NCBI RefSeq assembly: GCF_009914755.1
Contig: NC_060929.1
Origin: the human T2T-CHM13v2.0 reference genome, Homo sapiens
DNA length: 64,000 nt
Strand: one strand, 5' to 3'
The stretch's first letter is position 1, and every line of letters begins with the position of its first letter. The translations under genes were made by a program, and so were the position numbers. Shown piece after piece: positions 28,507-41,446 of this stretch. The notes under the pieces are model-generated. The model searched no databases. It was not told the origin of the DNA and was given only the letters and a program-made list of their open reading frames with translations.

Positions 28507-30817
28507 TGTATTAGTCCATTTTCATACTGCTGTAAAGAACTGTTCAAGACTGAGTAATTTATAAAGGAAAGAGGATTAATTGATTCACAGTTCATTGTGG
28601 CTGGGAAACTTATAATCATAGTTGAAGGTAAAGGGGAAGCAAGGCACCTTCTTCACGAGGTGGCAGGAAGGAGAATGAACACAGGAGAAACAACCAAATG
28701 CTTATAAAACCACCAGATCTCATGAGAACTCACTATAATGAGAACAGCAATGTGGAAAACTGCTTCCGTGATTCACTTACCTCCACCTGGTCTCTCCCTT
28801 GGCACATGGGGATTTTGGGGATTATGGGGATTATGATTCAAGATGAGATTTAGGTGGGGACACAAAGCCTAACCATATCATTCTGCCCCTGGCCCCTTCC
28901 AAATCTCATGTTTCTTTCACATTTTAAAACCAATCATGCCTTCCTAACAGTTTCCTAAAGTCTTAATTCATTCCAGCATTAACCCAAAAGTCCAAGTCTA
29001 TCTGAGACAAGGCAAGTCTCTTCTACCTAAGAGCCTGTAAAATCAAAAGCCAGTTAGTTACTTAGAAGATATAATTGAGCGGGGGTGGGTACAGGCATTG
29101 GGTAAATGCTCCTGTTTCAGATTGGAGAAATTAGCCTTAACAAAGGGGCTACAGGTCCCATGAAAGTCTAAAATCTGGCTGGGTAGTCATTAAATCTTAA
29201 AGTTCCAAAATGATGTCCTTTGACTCCATGTCTCACATCCAGGTCATGCTGATACAAGAGGTGGGCTCCCATGGCCTTGGGCAGCTCAGCCCCTGTGGCT
29301 CTGAAGGGTACAGTTCCACTCCCAGCTGCTTTCACGGCCAGGCTGTTGTTGATTTTCTGTGGCTTTTCCAGGTACATGGTGCAAGCTGTCAATGGATCTG
29401 TCATTCTGGGATCTGGAGGACAGTGGCCCTCTTCTTCTCACAGATCTACTAGGCAGTGCCCCTGTGGGGACTTTCTGTGGGGGCTCTGACCCCACATTTT
29501 CCTTCTGCACCACCCTAGCAGAGTTTCTCCATGAGGGCTCCATCCCTGCATCACACTTCTGCCTGGACATCAGGCATTTCCTTACATCCTCTGAAATCTC
29601 AGCAGATGTTCCCAAACCTCAATTCTTGAATCCTTTGCACCCACAGGCCCAACACCACTTGTAAGCCACCAAGGCTTAGGGCTTGCCTGCTCTGAAGCAA
29701 TGGCCTGAGCAGTAAGTTGGCCCCCTTTAGCCATGGCTGGGTTGCAGGACACCAAATCTCGAGACCGCACAAAGCAGCAAGGCCTTGGGCCTGGCCCATG
29801 AAACTATTTTTTCTTCCTGGGCCTCCAGGCTTGTGATTGGAAGGGCTGCCGTGAAGACCTCTGACATGCCTTAGAGACATTTTCTCCATTGTCTTGGTGA
29901 TTAACATTTGGCTCCTTGTTACTTATGCAAATTTCTGCAGCTGCTTGAATTTCTCCCTAGAAAATGGGTTTTTCTTTTCTGTCACATTGTCAGGATGCAG
30001 ATTTTCCAAGCTTTTATGCCCTCCTTTCCTTTTAAACATAAGTTCCAATTTCAGATCATCTCTCTCAAGTTCAACGTTGAACTCTCTCAAGTTCAAGTTC
30101 TCTCTCTGCTCAAGATCTCTAGGGCAGAGGCAAACTGCCACCAGTCTCTTTACTAAAGCATAGCAAGAGTGACCTTTGATTCAGTTCCCAATGAGTTCCT
30201 CACCTCCATCTGAGACCACCTCAGCCTGGACTTCATTGTCCATCTCACTATCAGCATTTTGGTCAAAACCATTCAACAAGTCTCTAGGAAGCTCCAAACT
30301 TTCCCACATCTTCCTGTCTTCTTCTGAGCCCTCCAAACTGTTCCAGCCTCTGCCTGTTATCCAGTTCCAAAGTTGTTTTCACATTTTCACATTTTTGGGT
30401 ATGTTTTTAACAGTGCCCCACTCCCAGTACCAATTTACTGTATTACTCCATTTCCATACTGCTATAAAAAACTGCCCAAGTCTGGGTAATTTATAAAAGA
30501 AAGAGGTTTAATTAACTGACAGTTCAGCATGGCAGGGGAAGTCTCAGGAAACTTACATTCCTGGTGGAAGGTGAGGGGGAAACAAGGCACCTTCTTCATA
30601 AGGTGACAGGAAGGAGAATGAATGCAGGAGGAAATACCAAACTCTTATATAACCATTGACTCTTGTGAGAACTCACTTATTATCACAAGAACAGCATGTG
30701 GAAAACCACCCCCATGATCCAATTACCTCCACCTGGTCTCTCCCTTGACAAGTGGGGATTATAGGGATTGTAATTCAAGATGAGATTTGGGTGGGGACAT
30801 AAAGCCTAACCATAGTA
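28507..30817 (-). mobile_element. Full-length THE1 (THE1C/D-like) MaLR provirus: LTR 28507-28880, internal 28881-30438, LTR 30439-30817
   Basis: Two ~375-bp direct LTRs (tgtatta...aaccata), THE1-int sequence between them, perfect 5-bp TSD caacc at 28502-28506 and 30818-30822; inserted in the terminus of an older MLT1-like LTR. Confidence 0.95.
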
Positions 30818-33779
30818 CAACCTAAAGAATTTTCCCTGTTACAGATATTCTCACCTCAGTTTATAGGTGAAAAACTGAGACTCTGTAAGGTTAAGGAACC
30901 AATCTATGTATATATAGTGTGGGAGACTTGATTAAAACCTGTTCTCATTTCAGCTAAACATTCCACCTGCCAAGTAACATGCTACTTAAGAATAAATATA
31001 TTTGTTTGTTTGGGTTGTTTTTTGTTTGCTTTTTTTGTTTTGCCTTATTTATGGGTGACCTTGTTTTTGTTTCCAAAGAGAGTTTGCTGTCTGACTGTGT
31101 AACTTTCCTGCTTGCACCCTAGCAGATGGATATCTGTGTAGCTGTTTTGTGACACTCTTTACCTGCCCTGCTCCCTCAAGGCCAGATTCTGTTTTTTTCA
31201 GGTCTTCAGCACAGAGTAGATTATCTGTAGAACCACAGTTACCTCACCAGACCTGAGCATTTTAAATCTGAAAATTGTTGAGAAGGATCCAAGCTGAGCA
31301 TCTCAGCTTATACCATTGCAGAATCTTTCGAAAGACTCTGTAGTTGTCTAGTCAGGGTAGAAGAAAGGATTCTTCTTCTTTGTTTAAACATGTGTTGGCT
31401 GGCCTTCATGTCCCTAGACAGTGTCCTGCCATTCTGGAAGACCAAATGGCAGATAATTGGGCTTAGGATTTAGGGGAAAAACTACTTCCATGCTTTGTGA
31501 ACAATAAGAAAAGAAAAGGAACAAGTAAAGTGATTTTTCAAAGGTTAAATACAGTAACACCTCCTGAATTTAGCTTTGCTGGAGACAGCTGCTTCATAAG
31601 TGAATTCCGAAGAAACACTTTAAGTACCAAAACCGGTTTATAAAAACCTATTTTGACAATTATAAGATTGAAATCCTTCTAAGATCTGTTGCATACTTCC
31701 CTGCTTTGCTCTCTGAATCAGAACTCTCCTAATGTCATCTATTTGCTTGGAAACTTAGGGTCCTCATTATTGACTATTTTTTGATGACCATACAATGGAG
31801 TACTCAATGCTTTCTTATAATTCAATCCTGCTTTTATATAATATTGGTTTTCTATTATATATTTTTATATGATAATTTTCTCTATCAACTGCTTTATCTT
31901 ATGGCTGTTGTTCTTTACTACTGCTTTAAATATTGTCTTATTTTATATGCAATATGCATGAGGCCTGATTCCAGCCTGTCTTCTAGAGTAGAGAGTGAAG
32001 AATATGAAGCAGCTTCTTTTCTCTAACCACATCTGTTGTTTTTGGGGTATCTTTATAACAGTGTTGTTTTAAACTACTATGTTTGTGGTAATTTCATTTA
32101 CATCTGTTGTCTCTAGGTGGGCCTGGACACAGAACATCACTGTGTTTCAGGGAGAGAGAGGAAGCAGAATTTGGCTAAATAAATACCTGCTTAATAATAA
32201 TAACTATCATTTTGCTGAGCACTTGTGAGGTTTCTGGCACTGTGCCTTATCTCTTTTAAACTTCCCAACAAGGCTTAGAGGAAGATTTGCCAGGCATTGT
32301 GCTAAATGTTTAATTCATATTATCTCATTTAATGCTCAGACATCCCCATGAGCCTCAGGAGAAGAAGGTAACTTGGACTTAAAACGAAGGCAGATTATAA
32401 CCTCATCTCACTGGATCCTGGGAGAGATTTGGCATCACAGTGGAATTACAAATTATATCATAAAAGGTTCCATTTAACAAGGTTGCCTGGAGTCACAGAG
32501 CAAATGGCAGAACCAAGATTCAATTCTGATTGTTCCAGGGAGCATGTTTTTAAGCACCATTCAGTTGGCCTTAATTTTCTTATTTGCATTTTCTACCTTG
32601 TTTCTCTGCTTAGTACAGCAGGCTTCCTCTAGGGCTTGGCCTACCTAACTCCTTTTAGCTCGTCTTTCCTAGGATGGGACTCCTCTCCCTGCTGTAGTCT
32701 ACTTGCCTTAGACATATCTCCTTGTGTCCCCCAATAATTTTTTTTGACTTCCAAATTGGACTCCATATATGCACCTGCTGTATCCTTTGTACACTGTGCT
32801 GAGAATAGTCCAGTTGTCCAGGATATTTAAGTTTACATTTATATATGCCAGTCTGTCTTTTTTCAAGCATATCAGTATTACATTTATTTAAAAACAGGCT
32901 ATGTCATCTATCTGGCCTATAGAAAATGCACCTATGGATCTATAGATCCTTTGCCATACCTTGAAGTCCCCTGGGGACTGAGTCCACAGGTTGAGATCAC
33001 TGTCCAGGAGCAGTGTAACTTAATGTCAGAGAGCCAGGCTCAGCAGCAGTCAAATAGATTTGTATTCAAACTGTGATTCTCCAGCTCTCTAGGTTCTGTG
33101 ATATTGGCTATGAATCTCAACTACTACCCAGCATGAGTACCTTTTCCTAAGGATTATTTTAACGTTTCAGTGAGATCAGGCATTTAAACTGCTTAACACA
33201 TAATATCAAGACAGCAATCTATTCGTATATGGAGGCCATGGTTTGGAGGTTAAAGACAGTTAAAACAACTATACACTAACTTTGACCATGCTACACTGGA
33301 TCCCTGGCTTATTTGGTAATACAATCTCAATTTACAAGTTCTATTACATAATACAATTGAAATAAGGACTTGCACTATCTAGATAGTGAAGAGACTTGAA
33401 ACCAAGCTATATACTCATGACCTGTACATCACAGAGTCATTCCATGTGGTATCATTCTCCTCTCCTGTCTCTGTCAGGCGCTATGGTGCAGAATCCAGGC
33501 CTGGATTTGAAGTTCTTACTCACCTCCCACAGATGTGGGAAATCTCACTGTAGCCCCAGGAAGGTCCCTCTCTCCCTCGTGGTACTCCTCCTGTGTTCCA
33601 CTCTTTCCTGCAGACTTTCTCTTCCCTGCATAACTTCTCTTCCCCACAGGCTTCATTTCTCACTGGAAAGTCCTGGAGACTCTGCCACAGAAACCCTGGT
33701 GATCTACCATCCTAATTGACAACCATGCAAACAAAGGAAAGATGGCTCAAGGAGACAGAGTATTCATCTGTAATCTTTT

Positions 33780-34000
33780 AGAGGATGGCCAGAATAATAG
33801 CTACTGTAACTAAACCTACCATATCCCACTTAATCTTTCCATTACTCCAGTGGAGCAAGTTCTGCTGTTACCTCCCTTATATAGATGAGACACTGAGACT
33901 CAGAGACACCAGGTAACTGGCCCAGGGTTACCTAGCAGTAAGTAAAGGAGCAGAGATTTGAACCCAGATCTATTCAACTCTGAACTCTAGGCAATTACAC
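33780..34000 (-). mobile_element. MIR SINE
   Basis: atagatgagacactgagactcagaga, aactggcccagggttacctagc and gatttgaacccag. Confidence 0.8.
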
Positions 34001-34809
34001 CTCTTTCCATAAATGTATCCTGAAAGTATTAGATCCAAATAGTAGACCTACTTGAATGGTTATATTTGATAGACATTGTTCGGGAAATATGCTTTTTATG
34101 AAAGTTCTTTTTCTTGTAGGTGACATTACAAATTAATTATAGGTCCAATCTTAGTTTTCACATGATGGAAAGTAATCATGGTTGGGGAGGTATTTCCCAC
34201 AGGGTCCAGTCAATTTCATTCTGTTCGGATTACAAACCCTCTGATCTGCAAGTTAGTTCCAGCATTTAAAAGGATAAAGACTGTTGTAATACCTGTGCAA
34301 ATCCATTAGCACTGCTGGAGAACTGTCTCTGTGTCCTGTAGTTGATGGTCACTAGTGTCATGGGTATATGTTTAGCATTCATTCCTACCTCATGGATTAT
34401 GGTGGATCTGAAGTAGCCTGAAGACAGTAGTAGGTTTCATTCACTATAGCTTGTTCCCCTGGCTGAGTGTCAAAATATTAAAATGCTGTCTCTCGCCACT
34501 TCCTGCCCAGTCCTGCCGCTATTGAAGGTAGCAGACAATTAAACATGAACGTCTCTTGTTTTCTTTTGCTCTTATTTTCTTCAGAGGGCAAACAAAGCAT
34601 ATAAAGTTCCCCATCCACTTAAAGTATTAGAGCACAGACTCTTTGATTAGAACTTCTATTCCATCTTAAGCTCTGAGAGTGGCCACTAGCTCCCCCTAGA
34701 TTTATCAAGTGAGCTGCCATTGGTAAGCACCTTGTCCACCTCCTCCCTGGTACCTCCTCTGAATATTCTGCTAATTTGTCTCCAGTGTCCTAAGCTTCCT
34801 TCAGTCTCC

Positions 34810-35261
34810 TTTATTTGTTTCCTTTTGCTGCTGTGACAAATTACCACAAACATAGTAGTTTAAAACAACATGTTTATTTTCCTACAGTTCTGGAAGTCAA
34901 AAGTCTGAAATGAATTTTGCATGGCCGAAATTAAGGTGTCGGAAAGGCTGGTTCACTTCTGGAGGCTCTAGGGGATAATCCCTTCCCTTCTCTTTTCTAG
35001 TTTCTAGAGGCTGTGCTCCTTCCGTAGCTCATCATCTTTCTTTCCGCTTCTGTCATCACATGGCCTTCTTCTCTGTCTGACTTTCCTACATCCCTCTTTT
35101 AAGGACCCTTGTGATTTCATTTGATCTACCTGGATAATCTCTCCATCTCAAGGTTCTTCACTTAATCATATCTGCAAAGTCCCTTTTACCATGTAAGGGA
35201 ACATTCACAGCTTCTGAGAATTAGGACTTGGATTCTTTAGGGACCATTGTTTGGTCTACCA
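34810..35261 (-). mobile_element. MLT1C/D-like MaLR solo LTR
   Basis: gctgtgacaaattaccacaaac, cagttctggaagtca and atctgcaaagtccctttt; terminal ctaccaca is split by MER1B. Confidence 0.8.
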
Positions 35262-35610
35262 CAGGGGTCCCCACTGCTGGGCCACAGACTGGTACCAGTC
35301 TGTGGCCTGTTAGGAACCAGGCTGCATGGCAAAAAGTAAGTGGCAGGCAAGTGAGCATTACTGCCTGAGTTCTGCCTCCTGTCAGATCAGTGGTAGTATT
35401 AGATTCTCACAGGAACATGAACCCTATTGTGAACTGTGCATGTGAGGGATCTGGGTTGCAAGCTCCAGCTAATGCCTGATGATCTGAGGTGGAACAGATT
35501 CATCCTGAAACCATCCCCACTCCCCCCTGCACAATTCCCCCAACCATGTCCGTGAAAAAATTGTCTCCCACGAAACTGGTCCCTGGTACCAAAAAGGTTG
35601 GGGACCGCTG
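35262..35610. mobile_element. MER1B-like hAT-Charlie MITE
   Basis: TIRs caggggtcccca ... tggggaccgctg; perfect 8-bp TSD gtctacca at 35254-35261 and 35611-35618. Confidence 0.92.
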
Positions 35611-35717
35611 GTCTACCACACTTCTCTTTTATGGAGGATTGCCCAAAGAAAAAGAAAGGTTCTGTGATGTCATAGAATTAACATGAAACCTGTGGCACAG
35701 AGATTTGGCTCCAATCT

Positions 35718-35805
35718 TTTTTTCCCTCTTTTATTTGTATAAATTTATGGGGGTACCAGTGGCATTTGGTTACATACATAGTTTCCACAGGGGTGAATCT
35801 AGGGC
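35718..35805 (-). mobile_element. Extremely 5'-truncated L1 (L1MA-like) 3' tip
   Basis: T-rich tail, aaatttatgggggtac..tttggttacat; TSD tttggctcca(a/g)tct at 35704-35717 and 35806-35819. Confidence 0.75.
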
Positions 35806-36397
35806 TTTGGCTCCAGTCTAGAATCTGACATTATACTCACTGTCAGACTGGGAACCAAGTACTCCACATCCTTGAGAGAAGGCTTAATCCACAAATATCC
35901 CTCCCAGCTATAAAATTTGTATAACACAAAACATTTATTTATATTAAAATATAAATGACTTGAAGCAATTTTACCACATATTAGGCTTTTCTCCAAAGGA
36001 TTGACTTTATTCTGAAAATAAATAATTCATCAAATTTGATGTGATAAGTGTTTTCTTTTGACAAAAAACGTACCCTGAACTACTGGAACCACACCACATA
36101 GGCAGCCAGGTTCTTCCTCCAGTATTAAGACCAGTCCAATTTGGGGCCAGTCACATACATAAATATGTAGGCCAAGGTTTCTCAGCGTGATTATATATAT
36201 AATACAGATTATAGCAAGATTATAGCATTATAAAAAATCACCAATTGCTAGAACTGAAAAGCGTTACTCCCACTTCCTCTTTCCACCTCCTTTTTCATTT
36301 TGCACATAAGAAAACAAAAACTTGGAGGAGAAAAATTGCTTGACCAAGTCCTAGCAACTACATTGAGGAAAAGTTAAGACTATTATTAGAGTCTTTT

Positions 36398-36568
36398 TTA
36401 TTTTTCTTGAAAAGACAGGATCTCACTCTGTTGCCCAGGGTGGAATGCATTGCTTATTCACAGGTGCAATCATAGCATACTATAGCCTGAAACTCTTGAG
36501 ATCACGGGATCCTCCCTCCTCAGCCTCCCAGGTAGCTGGGACTACAGGCACATGCCACCATACCTGAC
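36398..36568 (-). mobile_element. FAM (fossil Alu monomer)
   Basis: Single monomer with the FAM-type segment tattcacaggtgcaatcatagc; TSD ttagagtctttt at 36386-36397 and 36569-36580. Confidence 0.85.
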
Positions 36569-38259
36569 TTAGAGTCTTTTCACTTCATATTTAGAGTTCA
36601 TTGGCAATTGTGCTATTTATGATTTTGTTCTTGGAAAAATTTTTGGACCAGATTGCTTTTCTTCAGATATAGTAGCCCTACTTTTCAAAAAGTTTTAGTC
36701 AAAAAGACTGTCTATATAATGACCATAGGTATTACGTTTGAATTGATTTATATTTTTGACATTAGAGAGGTCCTCACACAAAAAGGTGTCTTTTAAATAA
36801 TATATATAAAGAAAAGTTTTTATTTATAAAATATTAAATACATTATTCAAGTAAGTCTTTTGTACTTTTGTATGAACTCCATAGGATATGAGATGCTCAA
36901 TGTATTTCTTCACAAATTACAATCTATCATGTTATAATATCTTATTCCTAATTTAAACATCTCTATAAATCTCAATCTTATAGATCAGAAATGAGTGAAA
37001 TTAATTACAAGCAGTGGATGAAAACAGTAGAAAGGAATGAGACCTGAGTGTAATTTTAATGTAGATTTTATTTTGAGCCATATTAATGTTTTACGTATTC
37101 CAATAGGAGAAATAAATTTAAAAGGGTGAAGGAAAACCCCCAAGATTAAATGACCCAAAATATACAGCAAATTTATAAAATAACTACAAAGAAGAAAAAA
37201 ATAGTAGTCCAGGTAGATTTTATAGATGGAGCTCTAGCTTTCTTCCCTTAGTGGAATATATTTTAAAAGTAAAATGAATCCCAAAGAAATATTAATTTGT
37301 TAAGTTTCTTGTTGGAATAGTATTGCTGGGTATGGGTGTAGTATTGCTGGATTTTGAGTATTATAGGATTAATCAAGGAACTAAGTATATTGTTCATGGA
37401 AACCAGTGTTCTCACTGCAGAGAATGCAGAAACAAACTACGAATGAAAAGAAGAGAGGAAGTATCCTCTTCTTGGGTGTATCAGTATGAATATATGTATC
37501 CATGTGGGTATGTGTGTGTTTATGAGTGTGTGTATGTATGTGCTCTGCCCATCTTAAGGGCCAAGAGGCAATGAGTCCCCAGTGACAAGGAGATCCCTGG
37601 AGCCCAGACTTTGATTTCTAAATGAAAGGAACTAAGGCTTCTTGGAGAAATTATGGATTCCGGGTCAGAGGAGAAGTATAAGCCAAGCCTAAACTATTTT
37701 ATTAGGCCAGAAAATAAGACGTATTCAAAACCCGATATGGAGATGTCCATTTTGGCCAAAATTAGAAGGTTTGAACAGGAAAAGAATAGTGAAATAGTGG
37801 ATTATAAAACATTTAGTTAAGAAGAATATAAGTCCATAGTTACATTACATTTTATATATAATTATTAATATATCAATATTGTAGATCTCTTTTCAAAATA
37901 TTTATATAATATCCTTATTTTATATACAGACCTATGGATATACTTACATTAAGTGCTTTAATAACTTTATATTTTTCACTATTATTATAACTTTTATTTC
38001 TTATGGTTGGATATTAAAGCTCTGTCCATAAATTCTAAACTGAATATTATTTGGTACATGTTTACATTTTTTGGATATAATTTGCTTGGTAGTTTTTGTT
38101 TATACCCAGCTGTGGTCCACTTTTAAATCTTTGTGAGTAGTCATAGAATTTTAGAATTAGGAAAAATTTTAGAGAATATTTGGCTCAATAGTCATCCATC
38201 CCATAAATATGATTCAAACTTTTACATTTTAGGCACTGTCCTGCACAGGATTATATTGG

Positions 38260-38337
38260 TCCTGGTGCAGTAGGTGTAATCACATCTCTAGGTGGCGCCA
38301 TTTACATAGTGGTTTATGCCAGTGGCACCATCTATGG
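38260..38337. mobile_element. MER91-like palindromic hAT remnant carrying CTCF-like motifs
   Basis: ctctaggtggcgccatttacatag ... tatgccagtggcaccatcta imperfect inverted repeat; cut on the right by the L1PA tail. Confidence 0.55.
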
Positions 38338-41300
38338 TTTTCTTTTTTTTTTTTTTCTTTTTTTAAAATTATTATTATTATACTTAAGTTCTGGGATACA
38401 TGTGCAGAACGTGCAGGTTTGTTACATAGGTATACATGTGCCATGGTGGTTTGCTGCACCCATCAACCTGTCGTCTGCAATTAGGTATTTCTCCTAATGC
38501 TGTCCCTCCCCTTACCCCCACCCCCTAACAGGTCCCAATGTGTGACGTTCAGCTCCTTGTGCCCAAATGGTCTCATTGTTCAACCCCCACTTATGAGTGA
38601 GAACATGTGGTGTTTGGTTTTCTGTTTCTGTGTTAGTTTGCTGAGAATGATGGTTTCCAGCTTCATCTATGTCCCTGAAGAAAACATGAACTCATCCTTT
38701 TTATGGCTGCGTAGTTTTCCGTGGTGTATATGTGCCACATTTTCTTTAACCAGTCTATCATTGATGGGCATTTGGGTTGGTTCCAAGTCTTTGCTATTGT
38801 GAGTAGTGCTGCAATAAAGATACGTGTGCATGTGTCTTTATAGTAGAATGATTTATAATCCTTTGTGGATATACCCAGTAATGGGATTGCTGGGTCAAAT
38901 GGTATTTCGAGTTCTAGACCTTGAGGAATTGCCACACTGTCTTCCACAGTGGTTGAACTAATTTACACTCCCACCAACAGTGAAAAAGCATTCTTATTTC
39001 TCCACGTCCTTTCCAGCATCTGTTGTTTCCTGACTTTTTAATAATTGCCATTGTAACTGGCATGAGATGATATCTCATTGTGATTTTGATTTGCATTTCT
39101 CTAATGAACAGTGATGATGAGCTTTTTTTCATGTGTCTGTTGGCCACATAAATGTCTTCTTTTGAAAAGTGTCTGTTCATATCCTTCATCCACATTTTGA
39201 TGGAGTTGTTTGTTTTTTTTTTCTTGTGAATTTGTTGAAGTTCTTTGTAGATTCTGGATATTAGCCCTTTGTCAGATGGATAGATTGCAAAAATTTTCTC
39301 CCATTCTATAGATTGCCTGTTCACTCTAATGATAGTTTCTTTTGCTGTGCAGAAGCTCTTTAGTTTAATTAGATCCCTTTTGTCAATTTTGGCTTTTGTT
39401 GCCATTGCTTTTGGTGTTTTAGTCATGAAGGCCTTGCCCATTCCTATGTCCTGAATGGTATTCCCTAGGTTTTCTTCTACGATTTTTATGGTTTTAGGTA
39501 TTATGTTTAAATCTTTAATCCACTGTGAGTTAATTTTTGTATAAGGTGTAAGGGAGGGGTCCAGTTTCAGTTTTCTGCATATGGCCATCCAGTTTTCCCA
39601 ACACCACTTATTAAATAGGGAATCCTTTCCCCATTGCTTGTTTTTGTCAAGTTTGTCAAAGATCAGATGGTTGTAGATGTGTGTTGTTATTTCTGAGGCC
39701 TCTGTTCTGTTCCATTGCTCTATATATCTGTTTTGGTACCAGTACCAAGCTGCTTTGGTTACTGTAGCCTTGTAGTGTAGTTTGAAGTCAGGTAGCGTGA
39801 TGCCTCCAGCTTTGTTCTTTTTGCTTATGATTGTCTTGGCTATATGGGCTCTTTTTTGGTTTCATAGGAAATTTAAAGTAGTTTTTTCTAATTCTGTGAA
39901 GAAAGTCAATGGTAGCTTGATGGGAATAGCATTGAATCTATAGATTACTTTGGGCAGTATGGCCATTTTCACGATATTGATTCTTTCTATCCATGAGCAT
40001 GGAATATTTTTCCATTTGTTTGTGTCCTCTCTTATTTCCTTGAACAGTGGTTTGTGGTTCTCCTTGAAGAGATCCTCTACATCCTTTGTTAATTGTATTC
40101 CTAGGTATTTTACTTTCTTTGTAGCAATTGTGAATGGGAGTACACTCATGATTTGGTTCTCTGTCTGTTATTCGTATATAGGAATGCTTGTGATTTTTGC
40201 AAATTGTATCCTGAGACGGCTGAAGTTGCTTATCGGCTTAAGAAGTTTTTGGGCTGAGATGATGGGGTTTTCTAAATATACAATCATGTCATCTGCAAAC
40301 AGAGATAATTTGACTTCTTGTCTTCCTATTTGAATACTCTTTATTTCTTTCTCTTGCCTGATTACCCTGGCCAGAACTTCCAATACTATGTTGAGTAGGA
40401 GTGGTGAGAGAGGGCATCCTTGCCTTGTGCCTGTTTTCAAAGGAATGCTTCCAGCTTTTGCTCATTCAGTGTGATATTGGCTGTGGGTCTGTCATAAATA
40501 GCTCTTATTATTTTGAGGTACATTTTATCAATGCCTAGTTTATTGAGTGTTTTTAGCATGAAGGGGTGTTGAATTTTGTTGAAGGCCTTTTCTGCATGTA
40601 TTGAGATAATTGTGTGGTGTTTGTCATTGTTTCTGTTTATGTGATGGATTACGTTTATTGATTTGCATATGTTGAATCAGCCTTGCATCCCAGGGATGAA
40701 GCTGACTTGATGCTGGTGGAAGAGCTTTTTAATGTGCTGCTGGATTCGGTTTGCCAATATTTTATTGAGGATTTTCGCATCTATGTTCATCAGGGATATT
40801 GGCCTGAGATTTTCTTTTTTTGTTGTGTCTTTGCCGGGTTTTGGTGTCAGGATGATGCTGGCCTCATAAAAAGAGTTAGGGAGGAGTCCCTCTTTTTCTA
40901 TTGCTTGGAATAGTTTCAGAAGGAATGGTACCAGCTCCTCTTTTTAGCTCTGGGAGAATTTGGCTGTGAATCCGTTTGGTCCTACGCTTTTTTTGGTTAG
41001 TAGGCTATTAATTACTGCCTCAATTTCAGAACTTGTTATTGGTCTATTCAGGGATTTGACTTCTTTCTGGTTTAGTTTTGGGAGGGTTTATGTGTCCAGG
41101 AACTTATCCATTTCTTCTAGATTTTCTGGTTTATTTTCTAAGAGGTGTTTATAGTATTCTCTGATGGTAGTTTGTATTTCTTTGGGATCAGTGGTGATAT
41201 CCCCTTTATCATTTTTTATTGTGTCTATTTGATTTTTGTCTCTTTTCTTCTTTATTAGTCTGGCTAGTGTTCTATCTATTTTGTTAATCTTTTCAAAAAA

Positions 41301-41446
41301 CCTCCTGGATTCGTTCATTTTTTGAAGGGTCTTTCATGTCTCTATCAGTTCTGCTTTGATCTTAGTTATTTCTTGTCTTCTGCTAGGTTTTGAATTTGTC
41401 TTTGCTTTGTTAGTTCTTTTGGTGATGTTAGGGTGTTGATTTTAGA
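38338..41446 (-). mobile_element. 5'-truncated L1PA7/8-like LINE-1 (3.1 kb, disrupted ORF2)
   Basis: Poly-T tail and primate 3'UTR; broken ORF2 segments including the RT motifs [12 protein letters not shown] and [13 protein letters not shown], and the 224-aa ORF 38914-39588. Confidence 0.95.

Noticed and set aside
29168-30496. Dense cluster of overlapping ORFs
   Set aside because: All lie in THE1 internal/LTR sequence of higher GC content; degenerate MaLR, no intact ORF
31185-31360. Acceptor-like ttctgtttttttcag|G at ~31201 (similar ones at ~7520, 32117 and 34120)
   Set aside because: No convincing paired donor; such sites are frequent in T-rich DNA
38914-39588. Longest ORF in the window (224 aa)
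   Set aside because: It is the C-terminal part of L1 ORF2 in a 5'-truncated, frameshifted L1PA copy, not a host gene
40168-40440. Reverse-transcriptase motifs (QGCPLSP, FADD) suggesting an RT-based system
   Set aside because: Ordinary disrupted LINE-1 ORF2 with no ORF1 or promoter
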